Shown piece after piece: positions 1-8,956 of a stretch of 64,000 bases of DNA (position 1 is the first letter of the stretch; every line of letters begins with the position of its first letter). The translations under genes and the position numbers were made by a program. The notes under the pieces were generated by a model, which was given only the letters and a program-made list of their open reading frames with translations, was not told the origin of the DNA and made no database searches. Source of the DNA: a virus; IMG/VR virus record IMGVR_UViG_3300008255_000111, positions 40,953-104,952 of that record. One strand, 5' to 3'.

Positions 1-270
1 AAGCGTGAGGGCGCCGCAGGCCGCAGTATAGATCGCGCAGTGTACTAGGCAGATCAAAGCCGCCTTGGCCTGTTCTGACGCTGTGGGCTCGTACCAGTGA
101 CCCCTTAGCTTGCTCTCGGGGTCGATCGGATGATCAAGATAACAATCACTCTCCTTGGGCAGCTCGATGAAGGTGCGCTTGCGCCTCGTCTTACCGTTGG
201 CCAAGTAGTCGTTTTGGAGCAGGTAGTCGCCAACAAAGTGAGCGACAAGCAGTGACGCGAGCATATCCAT
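1..270 (-). CDS. DUF3307-like membrane protein, partial (runs off window start)
   Basis: Not in the ORF track. My translation from ATG 270 gives MDMLASLLVAHFVGDYLLQNDYLANGK...ICLVHCAIY, matching the AHxxGDYxLQ...HxxIY pattern of DUF3307. Confidence 0.7.
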   Translation of the reverse strand, partial: MDMLASLLVAHFVGDYLLQNDYLANGKTRRKRTFIELPKESDCYLDHPIDPESKLRGHWYEPTASEQAKAALICLVHCAIYTAACGALTL

Positions 271-357
271 GACATGATCCTGATGGTGCGCGCAGGCATC
301 GCCTACGACGTGACAAAGCGCTCAAGATTAGCTTGAGCGCAGGGGTTGGCAGTCATG

Positions 358-1119
358 TTATAGCGCAGCAAGCATCGCTGCTGCAAGGCGATCGGAGTAT
401 TCCTGATGCGCTGCGCGAAGTTTACGCGCGTCCTTCTCGCCGCTTGTTTCGGGGTGCAGGGCTTGCGCATAGCGAGAGCACGCTGTGCTCAAGTCCATAT
501 CCAAGACGAAGATGATCACCGCGTGGAATGGCCACAGTTGAGGCTCCTCAAACGCTCTGGCAGGATCAAACCCAAGATCGTAAAGCCGCTCGAACACCTC
601 GTTGAGAGAAGCATTCTTAGCCTCAACGCTCTCCAGCGAGCCCGTGCCGCTCACAAATGCTTCCTGGGCATCAAGCGCCGCACTGACCGCTTGAATCGTC
701 TCAGCGCGCAGTTGAGCGCCGATTTCGCCATCTTGCCAGTGATGGAGCCAGGACGACGATTTACTGATCTTGGCGGCGACGACCTCGCGCTTCATTTTGA
801 CCACCTCGGCGCTCATCAAAGCAACAGCGTTGGGCACATCAAAAAGGTCGAACAAATTACCACCAATGTTGAGCGCGCCTTTGATGCTGGGCATATTACA
901 GGCCGGAGCGAGAGGGTAGCCGCTGATGGCGTGCAGCAACCTTTGGTCACTGCATTTGCCAACCCACTTGAATGGCAGATCGGTCAATCCAAGGCTCTTA
1001 AAACTCGTGACGTAATCACGAGCAATCTCTCCAGGGCCGTTAAAGCACTGGAGCGCGTGCCGCAGGCTTTCCATGCAGCCAACTTGACACGAGGATCGGA
1101 TGTCTCCAAAGCCTTCCAT
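358..1119 (-). CDS. hypothetical protein
   Basis: 253-aa ORF with a GGAG RBS and an upstream promoter-like motif at 1194-1221. Confidence 0.7.
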   Translation of the reverse strand: MEGFGDIRSSCQVGCMESLRHALQCFNGPGEIARDYVTSFKSLGLTDLPFKWVGKCSDQRLLHAISGYPLAPACNMPSIKGALNIGGNLFDLFDVPNAVALMSAEVVKMKREVVAAKISKSSSWLHHWQDGEIGAQLRAETIQAVSAALDAQEAFVSGTGSLESVEAKNASLNEVFERLYDLGFDPARAFEEPQLWPFHAVIIFVLDMDLSTACSRYAQALHPETSGEKDARKLRAAHQEYSDRLAAAMLAAL

Positions 1120-1193
1120 CTTAACTCCTTTATAGCAGCCGCTTTCGTTTAGCGGGGTTGGTTAAAGTGGAGTCGCGCGGACCCCATAAGTGA

Positions 1194-1221
1194 AGACTGA
1201 GGTAAACTATGGAGGGCGCAA
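1194..1221 (-). promoter_or_regulatory. sigma70-like promoter TTGCGC-N16-CAGTCT
   Basis: Intergenic, just past a terminator; same layout as the motifs at 3115, 6077, 9312, 15854, 22663 and 26240. Confidence 0.45.
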
Positions 1222-1222
1222 G

Positions 1223-1260
1223 AAAAAAACGACGCTCGGTGTTCCGAGCGTCGTTTTTTT
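1223..1260 (-). terminator. intrinsic terminator (symmetric A7/T7 hairpin)
   Basis: AAAAAAACGACGCTCGG-TGTT-CCGAGCGTCGTTTTTTT directly after the stop at 1259. Confidence 0.8.
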
Positions 1261-1582
1261 ACCTCGCCGCTTTCCTGGCTTTCCTGGCGGCTTTGGCCTT
1301 GGCTCTCGCCTTCTTCTGTCTCTTGCTCAAGGCTTGGCGAGCGTAGCCGGGATCAGGCGCTACTTGAGGCAGCAGCAGCCCATCAAGGCGCTCTAAAGCC
1401 TTTCTTCTTTCCTCGTCGTTTGCGGGAGGCGCTTGCGGACTGTCGTACACGTTCTTCACCTGTGGTTGAGGGGTCTTCTGACCGTCGCCCAAGGTGGCGA
1501 GAGGCGACGAACGCCCACTCCTCACCGTTGAGGTGACTGGAGGTGGTGAGACACATATCACCAACCTTGACTGAGGCAGCAT
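1259..1582 (-). CDS. small basic protein (Lys/Arg/Ala tail); start may be GTG near 1459
   Basis: C-terminus KRQKKARAKAKAARKARKAAR ends at the terminator; overlaps the next ORF. Confidence 0.45.
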   Translation of the reverse strand: MLPQSRLVICVSPPPVTSTVRSGRSSPLATLGDGQKTPQPQVKNVYDSPQAPPANDEERRKALERLDGLLLPQVAPDPGYARQALSKRQKKARAKAKAARKARKAAR

Positions 1583-1712
1583 TGGTGAGCCGCCTTATCT
1601 TGTGAGCGCTGACCTTGTTGGCTATTTTCCATGCTGAGTAGGCAAGGTCAAGCGTGGTGTGCCTGCTGGTCACGCGCCATCCGCGATCAACAACGACGTA
1701 GAGGTAAGTCAT
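1383..1712 (-). CDS. hypothetical protein
   Basis: Track ORF 1383..1811; ATG 1712 (MTYLYVV) avoids overlap with the DUF262 gene. Confidence 0.45.
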   Translation of the reverse strand: MTYLYVVVDRGWRVTSRHTTLDLAYSAWKIANKVSAHKIRRLTNAASVKVGDMCLTTSSHLNGEEWAFVASRHLGRRSEDPSTTGEERVRQSASASRKRRGKKKGFRAP

Positions 1713-1738
1713 GGCAGTGTCCAGCAGGCGGCCCGGCT

Positions 1739-2224
1739 CTAAGCTCGGTGCGAGTTGAGCCTTGAGGCGATCATGTCGAGTTCGGCGGTGCTTTTCCAGC
1801 CGCAGACGCACACCACCCTGAAGGGCGTGTTCATCACGCCCCTTAAGCTACCAAAGAAGTCTGCGCCCGAAAACTCTTTAAAGACCATGCCGTTGAGGTC
1901 GGGAAGCTGCTCAAGGCCAGTGAGCCTCAAAGACTCGCCAGGGTACTGCTTGTCGCGCCCGAGGAAGTTGACCAGTGTGAGCAGCACTTGCTTCCCATCG
2001 ACAGGGAAGTAGTAGCTGTCACCTGAGCCCGCATCGACTTTGGCGAGCACGATTTGGGGCAGGGGCAGCCCCAGAAGCATCGACTCGATCAGAAGGCTTT
2101 GGGCTGGGTCTTCCCAAGTCCTCGTGTTGAGGTTGACTTTGATTTTGCCCTTGGTGAGCTGCGATAAGATCGTCTGGACGGTCCAGTCCAGAGTCTCAAG
2201 GTAGATGTGGTTTGAGGCGGCCAT
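1739..2224 (-). CDS. stand-alone DUF262 (GmrS/ParB-Srx-like) domain protein
   Basis: W...QSLLIESMLLGLPLPQIVL...VDGKQVLLTL..F follows the DUF262 pattern; DGQQR is replaced by DGKQV. Confidence 0.7.
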   Translation of the reverse strand: MAASNHIYLETLDWTVQTILSQLTKGKIKVNLNTRTWEDPAQSLLIESMLLGLPLPQIVLAKVDAGSGDSYYFPVDGKQVLLTLVNFLGRDKQYPGESLRLTGLEQLPDLNGMVFKEFSGADFFGSLRGVMNTPFRVVCVCGWKSTAELDMIASRLNSHRA

Positions 2225-2271
2225 TGTCCTGCCAAGTGATAGGGGTTGGGTTGGTGATGATCTGGCTCAGG

Positions 2272-2595
2272 TTAGAGCACGTCGTCATCTGGCGTGTACT
2301 CGAAGCGCGCCAGGGCTTCTTCGCGCTCTTGAGCCTCATCGTCGCTGGAGGTTGAGCACTCCAGGGCCGCGATGGCGAGCGCAGCCAGCTTGACTAGCGC
2401 GCTGGTTTGCGTGCCGTTGAGGCTGTGGATGTGGCGGGGGCTGGCTTCCTCGAAGCGCTCTAGCTGCTTACTAAGGAAGTAAGCCCATTCAAATGTGGTG
2501 TGTTCGGAGTCGTGCCTGTGACCTCCCCATTGAGCGACCTGTTTTGCTCGCTCAGACTTGATCGCGTCGAGCACGCGTGTTGAAAGCTCTGACAT
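2272..2595 (-). CDS. MazG-like all-alpha NTP pyrophosphohydrolase-family protein (degenerate)
   Basis: ERAKQVAQWG..H...W...L and LVKLAALAIAALE resemble phage MazG-like proteins; AGGAGG RBS. Confidence 0.5.
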   Translation of the reverse strand: MSELSTRVLDAIKSERAKQVAQWGGHRHDSEHTTFEWAYFLSKQLERFEEASPRHIHSLNGTQTSALVKLAALAIAALECSTSSDDEAQEREEALARFEYTPDDDVL

Positions 2596-2617
2596 GGAAA
2601 CCTCCTGAAAGGTAGAG

Positions 2618-2633
2618 CTGCAATCGATTGCAG
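2618..2633. repeat. 16-bp palindrome CTGCAATCGATTGCAG, copy 1 (extends to 28 bp, 2612-2639)
   Basis: Exact match; flanks GTAGAG/CTCTAC. Confidence 0.95.
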
Positions 2634-2688
2634 CTCTACTGAGTAAAGCCCCCTAGAGAGGGGGCACTAGGTGGATTGACTAGATGGA

Positions 2689-3063
2689 CTAGGCGGCGCC
2701 CCACTTCTCAAGGGTGGTCTGGATGGAGTCGCGATGGAACTTGGGGCGCGTCTCAAATCGGTTGTTCTCACGCGTCGAGCATCGCATCACTGTACGATAG
2801 GACGCCACCTTGGGGGGGATTAAGTGAATCTCGAACACAACCCAATCCCAGCTCTGACTGATCGCAGAGCCCAAGATTTCGTACTCGAAGCCCGATAAGC
2901 TCTGCTCAAGCAGTCGGCGCGCTTCTGCGATGAGCAGATCGCGAGCATTGAGCCCGCTGATGAGGTCGTTCCAGACCTCCTCCCATTTCTTCGGGGCGAG
3001 CTTGATGTTTTGCTCCATGTACTCCAACTGATTCAGCTCAAACTCGTTCTTGGGGATTGCCAT
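2689..3063 (-). CDS. hypothetical protein
   Basis: 124-aa ORF with a GGAG RBS and an upstream promoter motif. Confidence 0.7.
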   Translation of the reverse strand: MAIPKNEFELNQLEYMEQNIKLAPKKWEEVWNDLISGLNARDLLIAEARRLLEQSLSGFEYEILGSAISQSWDWVVFEIHLIPPKVASYRTVMRCSTRENNRFETRPKFHRDSIQTTLEKWGAA

Positions 3064-3114
3064 TGTGTGCTCCGTTATGTTGTGTGGGCGACGTTGCCCC
3101 GTTTCGATAACTGA

Positions 3115-3142
3115 AGACTAAAACGCACTAGACTCGGCGCAA
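3115..3142 (-). promoter_or_regulatory. sigma70-like promoter TTGCGC-N16-TAGTCT
   Basis: Intergenic, with an A-rich AAAAAACGACA tract upstream. Confidence 0.55.
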
Positions 3143-3197
3143 GTGCTAAATGTCGTTTTTTGATTATTTTACTGACACTTAGCACCTAATTGGACGA

Positions 3198-3581
3198 TCA
3201 CTCATCATCAGCGTCGAGCCAACCTTCACCGCATGGTGATTGAACGAGGCCGGGCATGACCTTCAGCAGCTCGGGAGGGACAGGGCCGCGCTCATGGGCG
3301 AAGGCGCCTGCCTCGTTGATCATGATGTGGAGCTGCCATTGACAGACGACCTCACCGAGCTTGAGCGCGCCTTTGTCCGTGCGCCTCACTCGCATCAAGC
3401 ACATCGTCACCTCGGCGTCTACCTCCTCGGCAAACGCGCTGTCCAGCTTATCAGCAGCGTGATCCGCGCTCGCGTGCCAGCTCACGGCAGGGTCTTCATC
3501 AATAAAGATCGCATCATCGCCAAGCTGCGCGAAGCCCCAAAGCTCCTCAGAGCGCAGCTCGCTTAAGTATCCCATGAACAT
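3198..3581 (-). CDS. hypothetical protein
   Basis: 127-aa ORF, closely packed with neighbours. Confidence 0.65.
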   Translation of the reverse strand: MFMGYLSELRSEELWGFAQLGDDAIFIDEDPAVSWHASADHAADKLDSAFAEEVDAEVTMCLMRVRRTDKGALKLGEVVCQWQLHIMINEAGAFAHERGPVPPELLKVMPGLVQSPCGEGWLDADDE

Positions 3582-3591
3582 GATGTTGTCC

Positions 3592-4317
3592 TTAGATCAT
3601 TTGCCCGAGCAGCTTGTTTAGCGCTGCAACTAGGGCGGGGTCTTTGGGGGTTAGGTGGGCGTTTCCATTGGAGAACACTTTGATGCGCCAATGAGCGCTC
3701 TCGGACTGCCCGTCTCGCATCGCTTCTACCAGCGTCCCATCATCCCTAGTGCCAGGGATGGGCTGGCCTAAAGCCTGAGCCGTGATGGCGTCGATGTCGT
3801 GGAACAGAGCGACAATGTGCTCGCTCATGTAGCTCTCGCGGGCAACGCCAGGCAAGATCCACTTGTTTGGGAAGCTGGAGCCTCGGACGGCATCCTCTTT
3901 GGTCATGAGCCAGTACGCTCGCTTCAGCCTGTCTGCCAGCACATCGTCGAGTTGAGACTCGAAGTGCCTGAGCTGTTTGGCGATCGACTCAGCGCTGATT
4001 GCTTCAGGGTTCCTCGTGAAGCGCTGCTCGAAGGAGCGCAGACGCTCTCGATCAAGGAGGTCATCAAGCCCGCTCTCATTCATGACGCGCTGCCACAGTT
4101 GACGATCGACCATCGCGACGATGTGGGGCGTCACATGGTCTGCGCTGCTATATGTCCAGCGCAAGATGTTGTAGTCGAACACGATGCCATTTCGCCTAAG
4201 CTGAGCATCAAGATGATTGATCGCTTCTAACTGCTTGACGATAGCTGAGATCGCCGCGTTTCTATCATTGACGATCGTTGTGATCGCCGCTTGGCTCATT
4301 AAGCTCTGTTCCACCAT
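3592..4317 (-). CDS. DUF4942 domain protein
   Basis: VDRQLWQRVMNESGLDDLLD and C-terminal WRIKVFSNGNAHLT.KDPALVAALNKLL are typical of DUF4942; start at 4317 chosen from the AAGGAG RBS. Confidence 0.7.
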   Translation of the reverse strand: MVEQSLMSQAAITTIVNDRNAAISAIVKQLEAINHLDAQLRRNGIVFDYNILRWTYSSADHVTPHIVAMVDRQLWQRVMNESGLDDLLDRERLRSFEQRFTRNPEAISAESIAKQLRHFESQLDDVLADRLKRAYWLMTKEDAVRGSSFPNKWILPGVARESYMSEHIVALFHDIDAITAQALGQPIPGTRDDGTLVEAMRDGQSESAHWRIKVFSNGNAHLTPKDPALVAALNKLLGQMI

Positions 4318-4431
4318 ATCGCCGCTCCTTAATTGAGGTTTTGGGGTGAAGCTCGTTTGCACACAAAGACTTTGATGAACAAGACCTCGTGTCAAACGTT
4401 TTTCTATTAAAAACAACGACATGGGTGTTTT

Positions 4432-5625
4432 TTACCTCAAATCCCAAAACCTCATAGAGCGCGCCGCTATCTTAACTTTATCGTCAAGATGGTGAAGTAT
4501 CGAAGGCGACAACTCGAAAAAACACTTGAGCACAGTGCGCAACAATTTCTCCTGCTCAGGATATATCGCGTGCCCAGGCCAACAGTTCAAATGAAGGTCG
4601 ATGGTGTTAAAGACGGGAGAGCTGAGCCCGCCGCTTCGATCAGCGACAACGTAGTCCACATAAAGCGACGACACCTCGATGTTAGGCTCCAGCCTCAAGT
4701 TATGGTCCCAGACCTCGGAGCACCCCAGCAGGCCCCATGAGTCTACGTCGGGCCAGCCTACTATATCGCGAACGAGCTTGTCGGCTGAAGCTGACCTGAG
4801 CTTGTGATAACGAGACGCCATGTAAGCCCTGATTGACTGGATGGGGCAGAGCGAACAAAGCGCCAGGATCGAGTACAGGTAGGCCCGCTCGTCGGAGCCT
4901 GCTCGCTCGTTTGTTCGGATGGCGTCCACGACGTTTTCTTGAGCGGTCTGACAGCCTTCAACGCGATCCTGAGCCTCATCGTTCACAACACAGAAAGAGC
5001 CGTTGGGGTTGATCGCCCACTCAACGGGATCGTCGCAGTCTACTGGTACGGGATCAGTAGGGGCGCCGTCGCGCTGGATGGTGGGGCCAGCACTGTTGCC
5101 ACCAAAGCCATGATTGAGACACAGGGTGAGCATTAAGTGCGACTGGATGTCTCGCACGGTGAGCTGTTCAACGTAATGCCTGTTGGCGGTCTGATTCGGT
5201 TTATCATCGCCACGCCAGATGCTTTGTATCGCACGGCTCCTGATCTCACCAAAAGAGTAAGCCGAAGTCTGACCGTAAAAGTGCTGACTAAAGCCATGAA
5301 TGTCTGCATGAGCGTTCACGCTGCCGAAGGGGAACACCGACGAGTTGAGCGCGGCAGCGACCATTAACCAAAGGCGCGCCGCCTCGGTGTCGGTGAACTC
5401 CTTGTAGATGACCTTGTGGCGGCCCCTGTTACGGTAGCCTACCAGCCTGATGCGTCGCCTTGTCGCGGCATAGATGGTGCCGTCGAAGATGTCAGGCACC
5501 TCAAGGAAGACCTCGTTGTGCTCCGGCATGATGTATTCTGCGGCGGCTTGGTTGAGGTGCCAGCCATCAGGAAGCGGCTTCCTGTTTTCGATGGCTGACC
5601 TGATCTCTCCAAAGGTAGGGCTCAT
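4432..5625 (-). CDS. hypothetical protein
   Basis: 397-aa ORF with an ATGA overlap to the upstream gene. Confidence 0.75.
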   Translation of the reverse strand: MSPTFGEIRSAIENRKPLPDGWHLNQAAAEYIMPEHNEVFLEVPDIFDGTIYAATRRRIRLVGYRNRGRHKVIYKEFTDTEAARLWLMVAAALNSSVFPFGSVNAHADIHGFSQHFYGQTSAYSFGEIRSRAIQSIWRGDDKPNQTANRHYVEQLTVRDIQSHLMLTLCLNHGFGGNSAGPTIQRDGAPTDPVPVDCDDPVEWAINPNGSFCVVNDEAQDRVEGCQTAQENVVDAIRTNERAGSDERAYLYSILALCSLCPIQSIRAYMASRYHKLRSASADKLVRDIVGWPDVDSWGLLGCSEVWDHNLRLEPNIEVSSLYVDYVVADRSGGLSSPVFNTIDLHLNCWPGHAIYPEQEKLLRTVLKCFFELSPSILHHLDDKVKIAARSMRFWDLR

Positions 5626-5972
5626 CGCTTTACCTTCTCTTGCCGCACCAGCTCAGGGTGGCTCATCCTGAGCGCCACAATAAACTGAGGCACAGAGGTA
5701 CGATCGGGGAGGCGCTTGACCTGACCGACCACCCAAGAGCGGTCCACGACGTAATCTTCGTCATTCCACCTTGGACCCATCCTCATGGTGCTTTCGTACC
5801 AGTAGTAGAGCCGGACGATGGCCTCGTCTTCAGCTCCGCCATCGACCACCTCTGCGCAGCACATCTCGCAGCCTGGAGAGCCAAGCACAAGGTTCAGCTC
5901 GAAGTCTATGTCTTCATTAGATCGCATGTCTAAGTCCTTATTGCAGGAAACTGTGAAGATATGGAAGCTCAC
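5622..5972 (-). CDS. hypothetical protein
   Basis: 116-aa ORF with a GTG start and AGGAG RBS. Confidence 0.6.
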   Translation of the reverse strand: MSFHIFTVSCNKDLDMRSNEDIDFELNLVLGSPGCEMCCAEVVDGGAEDEAIVRLYYWYESTMRMGPRWNDEDYVVDRSWVVGQVKRLPDRTSVPQFIVALRMSHPELVRQEKVKR

Positions 5973-5995
5973 GGCGGCGCTCCTTTGAAGCAGTG

Positions 5996-6011
5996 CTGCA
6001 ATCGATTGCAG
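5996..6011. repeat. 16-bp palindrome, copy 2
   Basis: Exact match. Confidence 0.95.
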
Positions 6012-6076
6012 TCACGACGACAGCAGCTCAGGTGAGCTGCTGCCTGAATGTGCGCCACTGCGCGATGACTCCAAAA

Positions 6077-6104
6077 AGGCTAGCAAGAACAAAGCGGCAC
6101 GCAA
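6077..6104 (-). promoter_or_regulatory. sigma70-like promoter TTGCGT-N16-TAGCCT
   Basis: Intergenic, upstream of palindrome copy 2. Confidence 0.5.
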
Positions 6105-6132
6105 GCATTATGTGTCGCCTAATGGTGATTTG

Positions 6133-6999
6133 TCAGACGCCGCAAACGCCATCGCAGTCGTTATCGAGCCCGCCATCCCATTCAAACAGATCCGTCTGGG
6201 CAAGAGGGTTGTAGTCGCGCAGCGGCGTTCTGTTCCTCAAGACATAGGCGTGCGTCTCAAGGCCCGCGATCGGTTTGTCACCAGCTCGCAGCGCTTCGTC
6301 GAGAGCGACCGCCTTCGCCCAATCCTCGGGCACCTTGGCAACTTCTCGCCATTCGCCCTTGCTGTGGTAGGGGCAGTAAACGCAGCTCGACCTGATCGCT
6401 TGTATTGGTGAGCCGTCCAAGTACGTCAGCGACTCGATATAATTGGCGCAGTCGTGACGAGCCCAGCCCATATCTACAAGGGGGTAGGAGAAGCGGCGCC
6501 AGCTCTCATTAGACTCTCTAAGGCGCTGAAGCTCGTCGGTGCTCATCCCGTACCATTGGACGCAGCGCAGCTCCCACTTCTCCCCTTTAGGCGGACGACC
6601 ATGTTTGAAGCGCTCCCTCGCCCAACGATCAAGAGGTTGGACCTTCCAGCGCTTTGTGCAGCCCCGATTGACGGGCACCGCGATCTGATTCTTGTCCTCG
6701 ACAAAGACAGGCGGGAGATCGATCCCTGTTGTCTCCTGGGCGACTTGCTCAGCTAAGGTGCGCCAGTCCTTCCTGACGATGTAGAGCTTGAGGCCCGCGC
6801 TCGCCATCAGATCCGCCATCTTCCAGATGTGCTCGTAAGTCGCCAAGCGCTCGTCTCCAGTGTCCGCGAACACAAAGGCTTCGGGGAGCTGCCCGTTGGT
6901 GACAGACAGCAAGCGCTCGTCTTGGTTGGCGCATAGAAGCGCGATCGCTGTGCTCTGGACGCCGCCGCCCCAGCTCATATAAATCGGAACCCTATCCAT
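6133..6999 (-). CDS. PAPS-reductase-like (PP-loop) protein of the phage type, Cys-rich
   Basis: SWGGGVQSTA PP-loop, FADTGDE, CTKRWK, YPL...RHDC, SSCVYCPYHS and C-terminal CDGVCG. Confidence 0.8.
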   Translation of the reverse strand: MDRVPIYMSWGGGVQSTAIALLCANQDERLLSVTNGQLPEAFVFADTGDERLATYEHIWKMADLMASAGLKLYIVRKDWRTLAEQVAQETTGIDLPPVFVEDKNQIAVPVNRGCTKRWKVQPLDRWARERFKHGRPPKGEKWELRCVQWYGMSTDELQRLRESNESWRRFSYPLVDMGWARHDCANYIESLTYLDGSPIQAIRSSCVYCPYHSKGEWREVAKVPEDWAKAVALDEALRAGDKPIAGLETHAYVLRNRTPLRDYNPLAQTDLFEWDGGLDNDCDGVCGV

Positions 7000-7023
7000 G
7001 ACCTACTCCTGTGGTGAACGAAC

Positions 7024-7052
7024 AAAAGCCCTAGACCGCCAAGTCTAGGGCT
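7024..7052 (-). terminator. putative intrinsic terminator
   Basis: AGCCCTAGAC-CGCCAA-GTCTAGGGCT hairpin with a T-run on the minus strand. Confidence 0.6.
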
Positions 7053-7076
7053 GCGTCGCTTGAGCTTCAATGGGAG

Positions 7077-8318
7077 TTAGCTTTGATCAGCCAAATCGCC
7101 GCCGAGCTTTGTGAAGATGAAAGTGGCCAGCTCCTTAAGGTCCACGACTTCGCCGTTCATGTTGTCGAGCTTGTCGATCAGGCTCTTGGTCGCCTCAAGC
7201 ACTTCCTTGATGTTCGCGTCGTCGGTGTTGAGCGTGACGTTTGGGCGGTATTTGACAGTGGGGTGTTGAGCGCTGGCATCCATGCGATCAAAGACCACCG
7301 CAAGGTTCTCGTTGGCGTGGCGCTCTACTTCTTGAAGGGCTTGTTCAACGGTCGGGTAAATCCCGACGCAGATGTCGAGATCGCAGCGCACCTCGTAGCC
7401 AGAAAGGGCGCCCGGCTTGCCTGTGTCAAGTTTGTAGCTGCGGGAGGCTTCTAAGCTCACCAGCTTCCCTGTTTTGTAGTCGTACTGCCACTGTGGCTTG
7501 AACCGTGGTCGATCGCTCATGGGGTTGTCCTTGGGGGCTTGGGGTGTAGGTGGATCTTGAGGTTTGGGTTTTGGGGCGACTTGATCTGTCAAGATGACGG
7601 GCCAGCGCATGACTTCATCGACGCTTGCTCCAAGCACTATCCAGCCAAGCGCCTGAGTGAGCTGTTCAAGCTCATGATCGTTCTCGACCCCATCAAACTC
7701 AGGTGAATCCATATCTGGACCGTAGCAGCCCGCTGCGCGTGAGGCCCAAATGTAGGCGAAGCTCATAAGGGCGTCGCCTGGGTTGGATTGACAGCAGCCT
7801 CTAAGAAACACGTCGTCAAGGCTGCATCCTGAGATCATACTAAAGAAGGGCACGGCGTCTAACATGCAGCCGTGATCGACCCATGTGCTCCAGCTTTTGT
7901 TGATCTCAAGAGCCCGGCGCCGGGCCTGCTTACTCAAGCCTGTGAGGTGTTGGGTTAAGTATTCGCGCATCTTGTTCAGCGCCTTGACTACTTGGATCAA
8001 GGGACGCTCGATGTTGTCGTGCGCGAGGTAGTGGACTCGACCTATGCAGACCTCTGGCACCAAGGTTATCATCTGGCCGTAGTCAGAGAGCGCGCGCAGC
8101 GGGAAGTTGGCGCTTGTGGAATCGCTGTTGCGAAGTCGATACCACCCAAGCTCAACGCTCCAGCGCGAGGCTGGGCAGTAGCCGATCGACTTACGGATAA
8201 AGTCGATTGCGGCAACGGCTTCAGTGTCATCCACACTCATGTCGCGAAGAACTGCAAGGATCTTACCTTGGTCGCGCGATGCGAGCGCGTTGGTTAAGTC
8301 GAACTGAGCATAAGGCAT
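7077..8318 (-). CDS. hypothetical protein (two parts joined by a Pro-rich linker)
   Basis: 413-aa ORF with a GGGAG RBS. Confidence 0.75.
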   Translation of the reverse strand: MPYAQFDLTNALASRDQGKILAVLRDMSVDDTEAVAAIDFIRKSIGYCPASRWSVELGWYRLRNSDSTSANFPLRALSDYGQMITLVPEVCIGRVHYLAHDNIERPLIQVVKALNKMREYLTQHLTGLSKQARRRALEINKSWSTWVDHGCMLDAVPFFSMISGCSLDDVFLRGCCQSNPGDALMSFAYIWASRAAGCYGPDMDSPEFDGVENDHELEQLTQALGWIVLGASVDEVMRWPVILTDQVAPKPKPQDPPTPQAPKDNPMSDRPRFKPQWQYDYKTGKLVSLEASRSYKLDTGKPGALSGYEVRCDLDICVGIYPTVEQALQEVERHANENLAVVFDRMDASAQHPTVKYRPNVTLNTDDANIKEVLEATKSLIDKLDNMNGEVVDLKELATFIFTKLGGDLADQS

Positions 8319-8426
8319 CTTGACTCCCTATGAGTTAAAAGCGCCGCGCTCCAAAGCGCGCGGCGTTGAGTTGTGGCGAACGCCATGACAGAAAAACATT
8401 TACCAGCTACTATCAGAGTCGTCATC

Positions 8427-8903
8427 CTACTCGCAGATGCACGCGTCGGATTGGCGCTTTAGCTCTGCGTCAAGCGCGTCAACGCGCGCGGTGAGTTGGC
8501 GGATCTCATCGTCCTTCGCCTCAAGCTGCTCAATCAGTCCGTTTACAGCCTGGGCGGTGTAATAAGACTTGGGGAGCTTGAGCATGTTTTCAAGGTAAGG
8601 CTTGAACGCTTCAAGGGCCTTGGGCGGGGTCGCTTTGACAGCTTGTCGCATCGCCGCGTTGATGCTGAGCAAAAACGACTCATCGATCCTGGCCAGGGAG
8701 TCTTGGATGTAGCCCCAGGCGCGAGGATATACCTCGAACGTATCACCAATCGCGCACTGGCCGATCATGCTGCCCGTCTCATCGTTGACGACTGTGATCC
8801 CAAAGGTCGCCCCCACGTTTAAATCGGAGGTCTTGAAAGTGACATCGAGAGCGTTATCGCGGGCTGCCTCTTGGAACATCTCAAACAGCTTGGGAATGGG
8901 CAT
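8427..8903 (-). CDS. hypothetical protein with C-terminal coiled coil
   Basis: 158-aa ORF with an AGGAG RBS. Confidence 0.7.
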   Translation of the reverse strand: MPIPKLFEMFQEAARDNALDVTFKTSDLNVGATFGITVVNDETGSMIGQCAIGDTFEVYPRAWGYIQDSLARIDESFLLSINAAMRQAVKATPPKALEAFKPYLENMLKLPKSYYTAQAVNGLIEQLEAKDDEIRQLTARVDALDAELKRQSDACICE

Positions 8904-8940
8904 GACTGACTCCTGCGGGTAAAATGGGGGGTGAAGTGAG

Positions 8941-8956
8941 CTGCAATCGATTGCAG
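8941..8956. repeat. 16-bp palindrome, copy 3 (extends to 26 bp, 8936-8961)
   Basis: Exact match; flanks GTGAG/CTCAC. Confidence 0.95.

Noticed and set aside
105-299. 64-aa minus-strand ORF from the track
   Set aside because: An overlapping frame gives a recognisable DUF3307-like protein instead.
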